From Octopus sinensis (taxonomy: Eukaryota), in the NCBI RefSeq assembly GCF_006345805.1, contig NC_043003.1, positions 73,222,001 through 73,286,000 on the forward strand: a DNA stretch of 64,000 nucleotides, written 5' to 3'. Numbering within the stretch: the first letter of the stretch is position 1; each line of letters starts with the position of its first letter. Made by a program: the position numbers and the translations under genes. Under the pieces are notes generated by a model, which saw only the letters and a program-made list of their open reading frames with translations, was not told the origin of the DNA and did not search any database. Shown here in pieces: positions 12,571 through 26,290 of the stretch.

Positions 12571-13699
12571 ACATTGCAGAATGTATTGCATGTGTTTTTT
12601 TTTCCTTTTTTAAGTTACCCGTCGTTACTTAAAACCACTCTGATAGTTTGTATGCGGTTTTGATACTCTGTGAAGAAATTTTGAATCCTGAAGCCATATG
12701 ACTGTGTCACATCTAATACCTTAGAGTAATTAGTATTTGACAATCATCAGATATATTGCAAGCGTTGATGAGGAACACCGTTATCATAGCCATTTCACGC
12801 ATCTGTTCATAAAAGTGAGCTTATGCATCAGATTGCTATTACAAATAAAACTTTGTATCCAATGGCAATTCAGTTATAGTTGTTGAGTCATTTGAAGGCT
12901 TACTGTTGGTTGTAACAACCTGATTTCTCTTCTTAAACCGCTCATATTTTTTTTCATCTATTCAGAAAATACGTAGCTTGAGGTACATTATCTTCTGATT
13001 GACTGCATCGAGAATATTGGCAAAGTCAATGTATTTCAAATCTGCATTTGATTGATTGAACAGTTGCTTCATTATCCCATGGGTTTAAGCAAAGAGTCTG
13101 AGGGAAATGCATTAGGCTAATTCATCTGCGGATGACAGAACCTCTTATTTTATACTGACATAACTAAAATTCCAGTATTGAATAACCCATCTGATAACAC
13201 AAACGCACACACGCACACGCACAAACACACACACACACACATGAATGTCTTATATTTTTAATTATTAAATTTATTCCTGCCAGGGAGGAACCGATTTCTG
13301 TCAAAAATAAAACCCCCACCTCGTTGAAATATAGGTAACAAAAGCAATGTCATATGTTTATATATGTATGTTTGTATTTACGTAGGTATGTTTGAATGCA
13401 AACCATCGGTATAGAAAATACACTGTTGAATATTCAGTATTCTACTTAACTTGTGGTAAGCTAGTTATTCAACAAATAAGAACTCTATTCTGTAATAAAT
13501 CGCATCTACTTCATTTTCAAATCTGCTAAAAATTGTTTCAAGTTATTTTTTTTTTGTTTTCTACAGCTTTGACAAATTTTACTACTCTATCATCTTATTG
13601 CAGAATAATATTTTTTCTTTCCAATTTTTGTGTGTAATCATGTTAACGGGGTTTTTCTTTCTCGGTATTTCTATTTTTCATTGAGATGTTGTAAAGAAT

Positions 13700-14500
13700 T
13701 CTTCTGAATGTTTTCATATGAAATGTTCTGTTTCAAGAAATTATATATCTGTAGAACAACGGTTTTTCGGAAGAATATATGTTAACGTCTGTACTTGGTA
13801 GTACTGAGATAATTTGCTTCAGTATCTTTTCATCATGCGCTTATTTCACTTAATTACAGGGCTTTGTTTAATCCTTGCAGGATATTGTTGGAATGATTCC
13901 ATTAAGCTACATATTATCGGTTATGTTTGCTTCATTCTATGTAAAAACTTGAGTAAAGTGATGTCATCGTTCTTTATGACTAAGGGATTTCGTGTATTAT
14001 AGTACCTGACTGGAAAAAAGATGGATAAAATATCATTCATTCCGTAAAAATATATTTTGTTTTTTCGTGTTTATGCAATGACATTCCTTAGAGGGAATCC
14101 ACTAACTCTCTGTATATTGGAGAAATTAATATTACTTAAAAAGAATGTATTAGTACGCTAATCTTATCTAGTCAATGGACTCACTCCATTTTCCGAGATT
14201 TTTCTCCATATTTCGTACCTATGATGTGAAGCAGCTGTGATTCATGCTTTTGGGCGTATCACAAAAGCAATTTGCTTCTCATACATGTTTATTCCTCTAA
14301 AAAGTGAGAGTCAACAACATAACTGACGATGTGATATGCCCATTTCGGACCTCACAATGCAGCATGTGACCAAATAGGGAACGAGATAGCACCAAATATA
14401 AGTATTCGTTACACCAGATATACGAGTCGTATATAATTTCTTTGTAATGGACACATCTTATATAATTTATTTGTGATGGATACATCGCAAGATGTCGATA
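13700..14500 (-). mobile_element. Highly decayed Penelope-like RT remnant (tentative)
   Basis: Weak motif traces on the minus strand (MG..LTLTFLEE..YEK-like, IP-like), with many stops. Confidence 0.3.
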
Positions 14501-14519
14501 AATAAATGAAAATCTAGAA

Positions 14520-15790
14520 AACACAAATAAAACTCGCATTGAAACGATCCCATTTCTAAATTTGAATATTGAAGTAGAAAACAACAAATACACTATGAGC
14601 GTTTACAATTTAGTTATAAATAATTAGTCTTACATAGAGATAGGAAATATTCAAATAAATAAATAGCACATAAACTAATGAACTAAATCGGTAATCAACT
14701 GAAGAATACAGTAATAATCACATAAGATACAACATATTAAACATACACAAGACGTATAAACATTGTTACAAGAATTAAATCCATATGTTTAATAGTATAG
14801 AAGCGTATATAACCAAAAACTTCTCTCCTAAAACGGAACATGAGAAGCTTTCAATAAGCGTTATATTGAAATTAATAGTATACATAAAAAATACTACAAA
14901 CTTCAACGAAAATATCCAACAATCATGTGCACACGAGATCAGGCATGTGATTTATACTTACATTTGCAAACGTGAAAGTTGAAAACGTTGGTGATTGTTT
15001 ATACAAATTCCAGTCGGGACACAATTTTGTTGTAAAAAATAACTTCACTTGCGCATCAAAGAATTTATTTTATGCTATAAGGTGTGAAGGGTGCCACAAA
15101 GATTATGTAGGGCAAACGAACCATACCCTCAGAGAAAGGATGACAGTCCACCGCCAAGATTTGAGGGATCCCACAACAATACAGTTACCACTTACTGGTC
15201 ACTTAGTTCTCTGTGCACAAAACAAGCCCTCCAAATTCCTAGTTTTCCCACTATACTAATGCCCAGAAAACACCACTGACCAAATACGGCGAAATAGGAA
15301 AAATAATCTTATTCAAAAATACCGACCACAACTCAACATACTCTAACATACCCACCCTCAGGTACACGCCCACGACAAACTCACACAGAAACACATACAG
15401 ATCTACAAAATCACACACACACAAATACAATGCAAGCCTCCTACACATACATATACACACACGCACAAACACAATATCCCCACAATAGACCACAAACCCA
15501 CACACATCCCAAGAAAAAACACATGCATATATACATTTGCAATACATATATACACTTGCAAAACGATTATAGCAACCATAACCAACACTCACACACGCAT
15601 ACATACGTAAACACGTATATGCACACACCTACACACGCCACACTGACAATCACAAATCACATTCAGACAAACACACCCACACATACACAGATACAGAAAC
15701 AAACACGCAAATACAAGATAACCCCTATTTGAAATTTTTGAAAATCAGTGTAAACTGTGAAACCGGTTAAGGCTTTGAATATTGATAAGA
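14520..15790 (+). mobile_element. Penelope-like element remnant: RT thumb trace, GIY-YIG endonuclease, microsatellite-rich 3' part and terminal motif
   Basis: IPFLNLNIEVENNKYTMSVY near 14545-14610; FTCASKNLFYAIRCEGCHKDYVGQTNHTLRERMTVHRQ (14972-15259) is a typical PLE GIY-YIG. Confidence 0.8.
15738..15769 (+). ncRNA. Degenerate minimal hammerhead-like motif
   Basis: TTGAAAA (vs CTGAAGA)-T-CAGT-GTAA-ACTG-T-GAAA-CCGG-TTA; palindromic helix III AACCGGTT; helix I not clearly paired. Confidence 0.35.
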
Positions 15791-18344
15791 AATATTTTAA
15801 CCATTCTCAGTGCATTTTCAACTTCTAGCTTTCCTATATTTCTACCCGTGTGGAATGAAATAACTTTGTTTTCTATATATACCCACACACACACATATGT
15901 ATGAATGTGCGACTGATAATATGTTTTTGTGTGTGAATTCTCTTTCCGGTATTTGTGGTACATCAAGGAAAATGTGGATGATACTAACTAAGGATACTTA
16001 GAATATATCATTACAAATTGGTAATAGTAATAGTGTTGCAGTAAATGTGTTTGTTTCAATGGTAACAATATTTGTAGTTCGTGTAATAATTTCAAACCCT
16101 ACACGCTACATGACAGTAAATACTATAAAAAACTAATTGATTAATATTTAATTTTGTAATTAACCGACATTTGTTTTTGGGATACAGCTAAAGTTACAGT
16201 TAAGTCAGTTTTCTATCAAGGTCCAAAAAGATCTGAATCTAATTTTAACAATTACCATTCTAATTCTACAATTTGATGTAGTATCTATCACTTACTTTTA
16301 CTGCATATATTCTCACTTCAATTACTACTATTACGTTCCCTTTTCATGTTCAGGCAAGAGTGATAGATGTAGTACATGTTTATTACTTTTTAAATTTTAG
16401 CTAGTTGCAAGTTACATCGAAGTAGGGTACTCAGCTTTACAGCCGTCTGTCTATTACAGTGAGATTGTTGCAGCTGATGTCTAGTTAAAATATTTACAGG
16501 ACAACCTTTGCAAGAACATCTTGGGTTGGTTCTAGCTCTGGGCTAAATTCATGCAATATAATGAATTCCAGTAAAAGAACCCAAAGACTGAGAAGTAATG
16601 TTAAACCGATTGCGTTTTTTATGCCCACTTATTACCATTTATAACCAAGGAGGTAGCATAGAGTTAATTAGCAGAGTTCTTTGCTAGAACAATAATACAA
16701 ATGTCTTCTGATGTCATTAACTGAAACACCTAAACAAACATATTTACGATTTCATCATTAACACTGAACCCAATTTGCACACCATCAATAATTTTCATGA
16801 GAAGGAAATGAAAGTCATACTATGTCGATTTTCTAACGCAGACACGCGCACACAAACATACAAATACATAGACGTAGAAACTTGTTCCTACAAATTTTAA
16901 GCCTTGTGCCTGTCTAAGAAATCACTGTAATAAAATTAAATAATGCTGATCAAAAACTATTTTTCTCAGAATTACATGTTTATTTTTTGTAATTCGAACC
17001 TGACTGACATTTGTATTAGTATTTTGGTGTTGTTACTGTTTTTATTGTTCAATAAAAGATGAAGAATAGAGGCTTAATTACGCCTATTGAAAACATTATT
17101 AAATCGATTTAAATTGTGACGTATTTAGAGAGTTGAGAGAAAATAAAATTAAGAGAAGGCATAGTAAAGTGAAACAATGTGACTTTATTTCAATCGCTAG
17201 AACTTGCTCTGAATTACTATGTTGAAAAATAAAAATGAATTTATTAAAAAATAATAACATAACTAAAATAAATTACAACACCATCATAACAAGTAGATAA
17301 AAATAGAAAAAATACATAAACTAAAGAAATAAAAGATCATCAATATAAACAATAAACAATAACCAGAGGAACCAGGACAAGGAAAAGGAAAAAGCAAACA
17401 ATTTACAATCTATTTGGAGATCTTGCAATAAAGTGTATTTTATATCAACCTCTGCCTCGGTCGAAATATAAAAGTCATATGATTAAAAGATAAATCTGAA
17501 CATAACTGTAAATGGAAGCCATATTTAGAGAATAGCCTTCAATATCGAAAGCAATAACAAGAAAAAAGTAATAACAACAATATGTACTAAAGAACAGTAG
17601 CAGTAAAATCAACAACACCGACGCCAGCACCAACATCAGCAACAACTATAAAAAGAACAAAAATTATAAAGGTAAAAACTAGAGACACCAGTAGAACGAA
17701 CAACAAAGACGAAAGTACGCCACAAATTCTGGTCGTCTCCTCATCCCCCTCTTCTCCTCATCCTCCTCATCCTAGTAGTAGTTTTGCTAACACTACTTCT
17801 AACATAGACACTAACACTAAATAAATGCCAACGGAGAATAACGTAAAATTTATGGTTTAACAATTGAGAAATTTGTGTGTTGCTCAAGGTGTCTGTGTGT
17901 GAGTCATACATAGACATATACATACATACACACACAACTGTATGTGTAATTGTATACATGCACACACACGTGTACATACACATATATATGTGTGTGTGCG
18001 TGTATGTACATGTATACAATTATATATCTAGATATATATATATGTGTGTGTTTGTATGTGCATGCGTGTGTGTGCGTGTGTGTGTGTGTGTATGTTTCTG
18101 TGATCATGTGTGTCAGTTTGCGTGTTCATGTGTCAATATGTACGAGGATTCTATAGAAACCAATGCAAAAGTGAGCATTTCGCTTTTATTAACTTACACA
18201 TGTTACACAAGTTGCACATATTATTAGAGAAACTCCTCTAAAAAGGACACTACCGAATATAGTTCTTATTACCATCTATGTATTTCCAGCATCATCGCAC
18301 AAAACTCAGGAATTATTCAGTTGTGCACTGCTGTTGGCACTTAC

Positions 18345-18395
18345 CGTAGCCATTTTCACATAAATCTCATCAAAATGTTCTTTCAGAAGAATGAC
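18345..18395 (-). CDS. Candidate 51-nt exon (VILLKEHFDEIYVKMAT, or 5'UTR plus ATG GCT ACG)
   Basis: Minus strand: CTTCCACTTCCTTTTTCTAACGAAG|GTC...ACG|GTAAGT. Polypyrimidine tract, CTAAC branch-like motif, only phase 0 open. No protein recognised. Confidence 0.3.
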
Positions 18396-20439
18396 CTTCG
18401 TTAGAAAAAGGAAGTGGAAGTGCAACAACACCAGCTCCCGGCTTTACGGTTGATGGGGTAAATTGAGATTAGCTCAACTTCCCGATTCCCTGCTTCGTTA
18501 TTAAAGATAAGTGTGATCACGGCTAATGTTGATCGTTTTCAGATTCTTGAAGGGTCTCTTTTTCCTAAAAGCTTCTCTATTCTCTTTGAGTGTCTCCATT
18601 TACTGCTTGCTTTTCGCAGTCCAGTCATATTCCTGAAAATGTAGAATGGAATGCTTGACGCGTGAGAACAGGACTAGAACCTCTTTTCCAGATAATAAAG
18701 TCATCTGCCCGTGCAAATCAATTCGTCCACATGCTGGCGATTCGGGTCACTAGATGCAGTTGACGGTTTCCTCACTTCAACGTTTTCTCTTCGATAATTG
18801 TTTTCCACGCTATAAACTTTTTCCTTCATTTTTTCATATTGGTTTTGTCTGTGGTGTTATCTGTAGCTTTCAGTCTAAATCGAACAGCCTACTGTCCATC
18901 ATCTTTAAAAATTCAGTAATGTTGGCCAAGTCACATAATGTTGGCCAATCACTCCTGAGATCAAACTTGTTTATACATTCGCAAATTATTCCATTGTTAA
19001 ATCAAGATACGTTCCAAAACACTAATCTGTCCGGGAACAATTAATCAGTGCAGACAATGCAGTTGTCTGTTTTAAGCACACCTGTTTGGTTTAAAGAAAT
19101 CAACTCAAATCTCTCGGAATAAAATTGTGAGCAAACTTTAGTCCTATTCAGAGTGAGATTTACCACTCGGCTGTTCCCAGTCGATGCATCCTTATGATGG
19201 TACCGTTAGAATACTGCGCTGACTTGAAATTCTATCATTTCAAGAATATTTGTTATCGCAACAGTAACAGATGCAGTTATCTGCATTCGTATTTCATGTC
19301 AATATATTCATGTAAGAATTGTACTCTCACCTAATTGCGAATTTAATGTATTTTACTCTTATATTCCACTCTGTTGGAAATCTTCACACGTTTGCACTAT
19401 ATGGCATTCACAATGAACAGATTTCAACATAACACTGAAATACAGTGACGGATATTTTTTCAAGATTTGTCACTGAAGACAATATGTTACCGATGCCAAA
19501 GCCTACTATGAAATAACTAATAGATTTTTTTTAAATATGCTGTTTGAAATGAAATATGTTTTGCCTGTAATAATTTTGATTTCCATTAATGAAATTCATT
19601 CTGAGCTGAGATATATTGCTTAGAATTGATGGCCACAAAGTAATTACTTTGCAGCGCCGTGGTAACTGCATCAGAGAAAGAAAGAAAATAATCTTAACTA
19701 AAGATTTGTTCCTAGTAAACTCAGAGCGCAACACCTGCCAAAATATATATCAGCTAAAAGCCAAAATATATATCAGACTTGGAATGACTCTTTTACTACC
19801 ATTACTGAATCTATAAATGGAATTTAAACGCTTGAAACATTTTTCTGGTGCAATGCTTTATAGGATGTATCATGTGTTTAAGTTATTATTTTAATATCAA
19901 GTTATAAGTATTGTGTGCAATAAAATATTACTTGAGGGGAAAATAAAAATGATTGCTACTAACGTGTTCTTGAATTGCAAGATTTTACACTTCATTTTTC
20001 TATCTGCGCAAATGCAATTTGTCTTACACAATCTTACAGTTCCAATCCTCTCTCTCTACTAGTTTCTCCGTCTTTTGCTCACTGCTTATTCACATATACA
20101 CACAACGAAACGCATACATATATGTACGTATATAACTGTTTAGTGGAAGTCTTTAAGAAACCACATATATTGTCATGGCAAAACTTTTTCCATACGTTGT
20201 CGACTTGGTCTTTAGAACAGATTTACTGCTTCTGTTGAAGACTAGTTGCTGGCGAATTATTATGCACATTAGAAATTTTACATTTTTTTACTGACTTAGT
20301 GGAATTGAGCTTCTTGGTTGTCTATTGTATTGCTAAACTTTCACATTTTGTCACGTTTTTTTAAGTCAGACTTAGATTCTATTCTGTATCTTCCCCCTTT
20401 ATTTGTATTCTCTATACATAGCATTATCGCCCCTCCTCA

Positions 20440-20955
20440 CAACCGTCCAATAAAGAGAGAGAGAGCAGATACACGGTCCACGGACCGTGCTCTGGCAAGG
20501 GCGGTGTGGATAGTGGTGAGGGGGTATCCACGTAGGGTGAAGTGGTGAGCCATACGTTGAGACTGAGTCTCAAAGTCATGGTCGTCACTACAGAGCCTAC
20601 GTAGACGGAGGAATTGGGAATAGGGGATGGAAAGCTTGGTGTGTTCTGGGTGGGAGGAAGAGAAGTTGAGGTATGAGTGTGAGTCTGTGTGTTTGTAGTG
20701 AATGGAGGTGGTAAGAGTGGAGTGAAGAATGCTAACCGAAATGTCGAGGAAGGAGACAGAGGTGTTGGAGATAGTGGAAGTGAAGTGGAGGGCTGGATGG
20801 AAAGATTGGACGAAAGAGAGGAAGGAATCTAGATGTTCGCGGGAGAGTGAGGTGGCACCGATAATGTCGTCAATATAACGACCATATAGTTCAGGAGTGG
20901 GACCAGTGAAATTAGAGAATATTTGGGCCTCAACATAGCCAACGAACAGGTTCGC

Positions 20956-20958
<3 letters not shown>
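20440..20958 (-). mobile_element. Penelope-like RT fragment with an uninterrupted 173-codon frame
   Basis: YANLFVGYVE..GRYIDDIIG..SFHPALHFT..VSFLDISV..IHYKHTDSHSYLNFSSSHPEHTKLSIPYSQFLRLRRLCS..RGYP. Checked codon by codon: no stop until 20437-20439. Abuts (TA)n at 20958-20989. Confidence 0.93.
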
Positions 20959-20992
<34 letters not shown>

Positions 20993-21181
20993 TGTCGACG
21001 CTACTGCTACCAAGTTGAACAAACAGCAGATACAGGAGCTACATCTATGTGATAAATTATGTTGTGCGCCCGATCAACAGCACTATATGAGAGAAATCTA
21101 CATGAAAAAAGTGATGTGTTAAGGTGAGAGATTGGCAAAGAAGAGCTTGAAAACAAAACTGTCATGCGATATTTCGGTTTT

Positions 21182-21524
21182 GAATCAATAGTCGTGGCTC
21201 AACCGTGCAGTCCTTCACGTAAACAGCGTCTGACCATTGTGATTACAACTCACCTCTCAAATGAAAACACTTCTGCATGCAGCATCGGGGTATGAAAATT
21301 GACATTAAGGACAGTATCTCTATCAAACGTGGTTGGGGCACGTGACGTTGGGTTACTGACGTGATTGGGAATCAATAGTCGTGGTTCAACCGTGCACTCC
21401 TTCCTGTAAAAACCCTGTTAATCATTGTGAGGACAACTCAGCTCCCAAATGAAAACAGTTGTGCATGCAGCGTCTTGGCACGCAAAATCACATAAAGGAT
21501 ACGATCTCTAACTAACGTGGTTGG
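21182..21524. repeat. Diverged tandem duplication: ~155-bp units at 21182-21336 and 21369-21524 (period 187 bp)
   Basis: Both units start GAATCAATAGTCGTGG(C/T)TCAACCGTGCA, share CAAATGAAAACA and TGCATGCAGC, and end AACGTGGTTGG. Confidence 0.9.
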
Positions 21525-21849
21525 TCTTAGATACCATAAATTAGTAGGTTAATGAACATACAATAATTCGCTTTGTAATCAATAGCTGAAGAATATTTGT
21601 ATGTGGAAAACTTTGATACTGAAGCTAAAAGCAAATAGATGAATAGTTGCTCCGGATTTAACATATTTTAGCATATTTTCAGAATAAACATAGTGCGTTG
21701 CAAATGGGTTTTATTCCCACAAATTGCTACCTATGTTACTAAGGGAACAGGATATTATTGCTACCACTTAGGCAACGCACTTTGAAGTCTACTTCGGTAT
21801 ATCCATTTGATACAACCTACTTATAATATTTCAGTAGTTGCTTTTTCAA

Positions 21850-22080
21850 GTTTGGACAGTAACAATGCGTGGACCATGGGGACGGTCGTATCCCCCCCCC
21901 CCAAGAAAGGTGGTTTTCTGCCTCCAGTGGTCCCGTTATTCATTATGTGAAACACCTTAAGAGACTAAAACTTTCTATGGAACATGAGTAATGTAAGTTC
22001 CCAGTTCGGAGAAAATCAGTTGCGAACTTCAGAAGTCCTGCGAGTTTAGACACACATACACACACATCACACATTCTCAG

Positions 22081-22085
<5 letters not shown>
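21850..22085 (-). mobile_element. Non-autonomous Helitron-like 5' fragment
   Basis: Minus strand begins TATATA..ACTGAGAATGTGTG(A)TGTGTG, resembling the Helitron 5' start at 653. Confidence 0.4.
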
Positions 22086-22121
<36 letters not shown>

Positions 22122-22682
22122 CCTGGAGGCTTGATAAGTTAAGGAGAAACAGCCACTACGAAAGCCTTTTTTACACAATAATAACTCTATATCATACACA
22201 AACTTCCGTTTGTGCGTAACGAAATAACTTTATTCGGAAAACAATGCATTGAATATGCACCCGCAGTACATGAGCTTAGTGCATTTGTAATACATACTCC
22301 ATTGTCTTTTAGGGACTTTCATTTGAATATTCAGAAATAACTGTCAAGTGAACGACTAATCTAGCCAACTAGGCTGATATTTTGCTGTAAGTTGTTCTAT
22401 TAAAAAAGAAAACCAATGAATGCTGGATATATTAAATTAAGCCAAAATAAAATTCTTCAGAAAATAACAGCATCGAAACTACGATCAAGCACTCTGTAGA
22501 TGCCTATGCTACAGATATACTAAAAAACATATTTAGATTTAACAGCCATTTTAAAACATGTAATGGACGGTGTTACCAGAGTTAGAAATGCTGGATACTT
22601 TAACAACATTTTATCGGGAGTGATGAGATAAACAAATACGAAAAATATATATGTATATAAATATACGTGCACATATATATAT

Positions 22683-22714
<32 letters not shown>

Positions 22715-25700
22715 ATATATATATATATAGTGTGTGTGTGCACATGTGCCCATGTTGAGCCAAAAGAGATTCTCAGTATAGAAAACAATAGCACTCAAAT
22801 GATTTGAACATACACTCCGAAGCCTTTACCGAAGACCAGGTCGCAAGGCAAAGTGCGGCTGAGAGGAATCCAGGCGAGTAGATTTGGAGACATTGATGCA
22901 AATAAGCAAAATTGCTTGGATTTGATATACAATATATATGTATATATAATTTGTATACATGCTCTGTTAATACATAAATATATGCAAGTCGACTTAAGAC
23001 CACAATTGATTCCAACTGACTGGTCAAAAGTCGATCTAAAGGCCTACATAGCTTGGTTTTATATTTTTACATTCATAAGGTACATTCTCAGGTAAAAGTC
23101 ACAGACAGCAGTCTGCAGTATACTATAATCCTGGCGTTAGTTAAACATTTCGGAGTCTCAAGCAGTCTTCTTAAAACACTTATGAGGTTGCTTCAATGTC
23201 TCCGCGACAGGATAGTCATTCAAAATATTGGCGATCGATAACCAAACTTAGGGGAAGCATTTGTTAGCCGACGTCATCCGCAGAATTTCAGCTGGACTAG
23301 TTATTATTGCTGTCGGGAGCTGGCACGCCAATCGTCGTAAAGTTGATCGGTCGTAAGTCGACGACGGATAAATTCGTGCTGACGATACGTATTTATACTT
23401 GAATTTTCATCGTCTAAAAATTGTCAGTCTTTGCTTTCTTTCTATTTGCATGAATACACGTATATATATTTTGTATGTCAAACCCAAACAGTTTTATATC
23501 TTTATTTGTATCACTGTCTGCATATGAATATACAAACATATATACACTTACATACACACATACATATATTCAATAAATGAACTACAATAGTATTATAACA
23601 ATTAAAAATAGATAGCTTTACAAATAAAATATGAAAATGAACTCTGTAAAATTCACCTAATTATGTTTCTATTCATGTTTATATTAAACTATAATGAAAC
23701 TAATAAATTGGGATATACAAACCTGCCATAAATATATCATTCGATATATTGAATGTATCAAATGAAATAATTATGGCATAGACACAAATACATTGTATTT
23801 ATGTTGGCAGTGCGTAAAGCAAAAATTTCAAAATAATGTTGAATTAAATAAGAAACTAATAGATTTGACGATACGTGTTGATTGTTTGGCAAAATATTCG
23901 ATATTGCTGTAGTCTCTAATCGACTGACGCATTAGACTGAGAAATAGTTTGTTTTATTATAAGGCGGGGGGGGGGGAACTCAGTATTAATCTGATACTGA
24001 TGGGAAGAAAATATCTTGAAGCCAGAGGCTAGAACGCATATTTGTAGCAGAGGAGAATCCGCAAATCCTAAATCTCTTAAGCGTCTGGCTAAATGCCTGC
24101 TGGAATGAAGGGAATGAATAGTTTTCGTTTACATTTTAGTTGCAATGAGTGATGTTACCTTTCAACATTTAGTGTATTAATAAACTAAATAACACTTGCG
24201 TACTGTTGATAGATGATTAATTCGAGAATACTTATTCTCCTTTACATGTGCGCAGCCATATACGACAATTACATCTATCTTTATTACACTTAACCATCGA
24301 AAGTTCAGGCTACATGTCTTAAAGTGTTTACACTCTTCGCCTTAATTTTCTCAGTGTAAATGCAATTGGGATTGGCTTATGCATTAAATGGATAATGCTC
24401 GTGGTGAATCTTAAAAGTTAATAAAATAAATATCCCCACTACCACTACCATTTCATTACACCAACTCTACATAACTTTTATCCTACAAAATACATTTATA
24501 AATTTCTCACATTAAAACAATGCCTAGAGCGTATTAAAACGATTCTTCTATACGAATTGCATTCCTCAACCCACAAGAATTGAAAAGAAAATTGAGTCTC
24601 TGTGTAATAAGGTATCACAATTTATTACAGATTTAAATATTGGAAAACATAAATTAGTGCATTTACTACAGCTATTCGTATGGGATTTTGCCACTCACTG
24701 ATTCCACCGCATCGTTTATAACTGCTTCAATATTCAGTTGTCTTAATGCTATAATGCCACTAAATGTATAAAGTTATTTATTTTAGCTACCATTCGCCAA
24801 TGATAGTTATTCTATTGACACATTAGGTGCAGAAGTGCCAAAGCATGCAATAACCATTTGCCATGCTCGGTCATGAATGCCATCAGATCAACATTAATTA
24901 AGAATATTCAATCTATTTTGGGAGGGAAATTTTAGATATTTCAGTAATTATAATTCATTAAAACATTTTCAACTTTTCATTTACGTCAGCGCCCTTTTTC
25001 AATAATCGTTTTCTATTGGGCAACTATCCCAGATTACATCACTCCAGTCACCAAAGAAAAAGACAAAGTATGCCATGGTCATGATGGTTTTTAACTTTGT
25101 TAAGAAACGTCTTTTCACGTACACACACACTGGCACGCACGCACAAACACACACGGTACATAATAGCGAATTCTAAATAACGTTTCATGACGTTCATTTT
25201 TGTAGCTATTTTTGCCAGTCAGATGGAGTTCTGTCGATGAAAATTGTTTTTATATACAGTTCATGCCCGGTAAACTAGGTTTCGTAATATAGTGGCAGTC
25301 TTTATTTACATTCTTATTTGCAACCTAAAATTGTATATATACCTATGGAGTCAATTTAAGTCTATAAATATTTAGATATTTTAATTAACAAACTAGATTT
25401 GTGTCGATATGCACGACACCTTGTCGGTGAAACATGCACACATCCGCCCGCTTTAGGACAGCAAAGTTAATCTGTAATGCTATTAAATCAAATACTTTTT
25501 CTCATCCGATTGTCAATAGAACATTAACAAGTCGCTGAAATTTTCGATATTCGTTCTAGAAATGATTACCACAGCAACCGATTTCCAACAAATCTATTAA
25601 TATAAACTAAAAACAACAATAGTGTTCCTTGACATTAACTTCTCTTCATATCTAATGGAAATTTACATGAGTTAATCAGAATAACAGACTAGGTAATTTC

Positions 25701-25887
25701 GGCCCTCGAATATCTGACCTGTATAAAACGGATAAAGTGTTCTTCTTACTCTTGTTCCAGCTTCAAAATGCAATTTGTAGCTATTAGTATTTAATTTTGT
25801 TATTATGACATTGCAGTGTAGAGATTTTTTAATGGTTGACGACTATCCCCTTGGAGATACGACACACTTCTCTATTCCACTTTGCAA

Positions 25888-25990
25888 AGGTGGTGAGCAC
25901 ACAGAATCGTTAGCACATCGGGCAAAATACCACGCAGCATTTTGTCCGTCCTTACATCTTGAGTTTAAATTCCTGCTCCAGCCTTTGGGA
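25888..25990 (+). mobile_element. tRNA-derived SINE fragment (GGTGAGCTGGCAGAATCGTTAGC family)
   Basis: GGTGGTGAGCACACAGAATCGTTAGCACATCGGGCAAAA..TGAGTTTAAATTCC; similar to copies at 34.3, 63.4 and 63.8 kb. Confidence 0.75.
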
Positions 25991-25994
25991 ATGT

Positions 25995-26290
25995 CATCCT
26001 CACTGTATGTTACCGAGCGTTATCTTGATGGAAGTACATGTCGATGAATGGTTGAATAACCAAATTCAAGCTTTTCTACTAGTTTCTCAACAGTTATGAT
26101 GGGAGTTTGTTCCACCAGGTTTTGCAGGACGTCTTTGTCGAGCTCTACATATATTCCAATCCCCATATACTGCATTAATAATCCTCGCACTTTCGTTGCG
26201 TTGATGCTTTTATTGAACTCCTAAAGCAAAATATCCTTTGTCACTTTCATTATAGCTTTGAAATCATATCTGTTAAAATTAGAACAGCAG
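25995..26290 (-). mobile_element. Mariner deletion derivative
   Basis: Minus strand: VTKDILL*EFNK..; VELDKDVLQNLVEQTPIITVEKLVEKLEFGYSTIHRH joined directly to HQDNAR. Confidence 0.75.
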
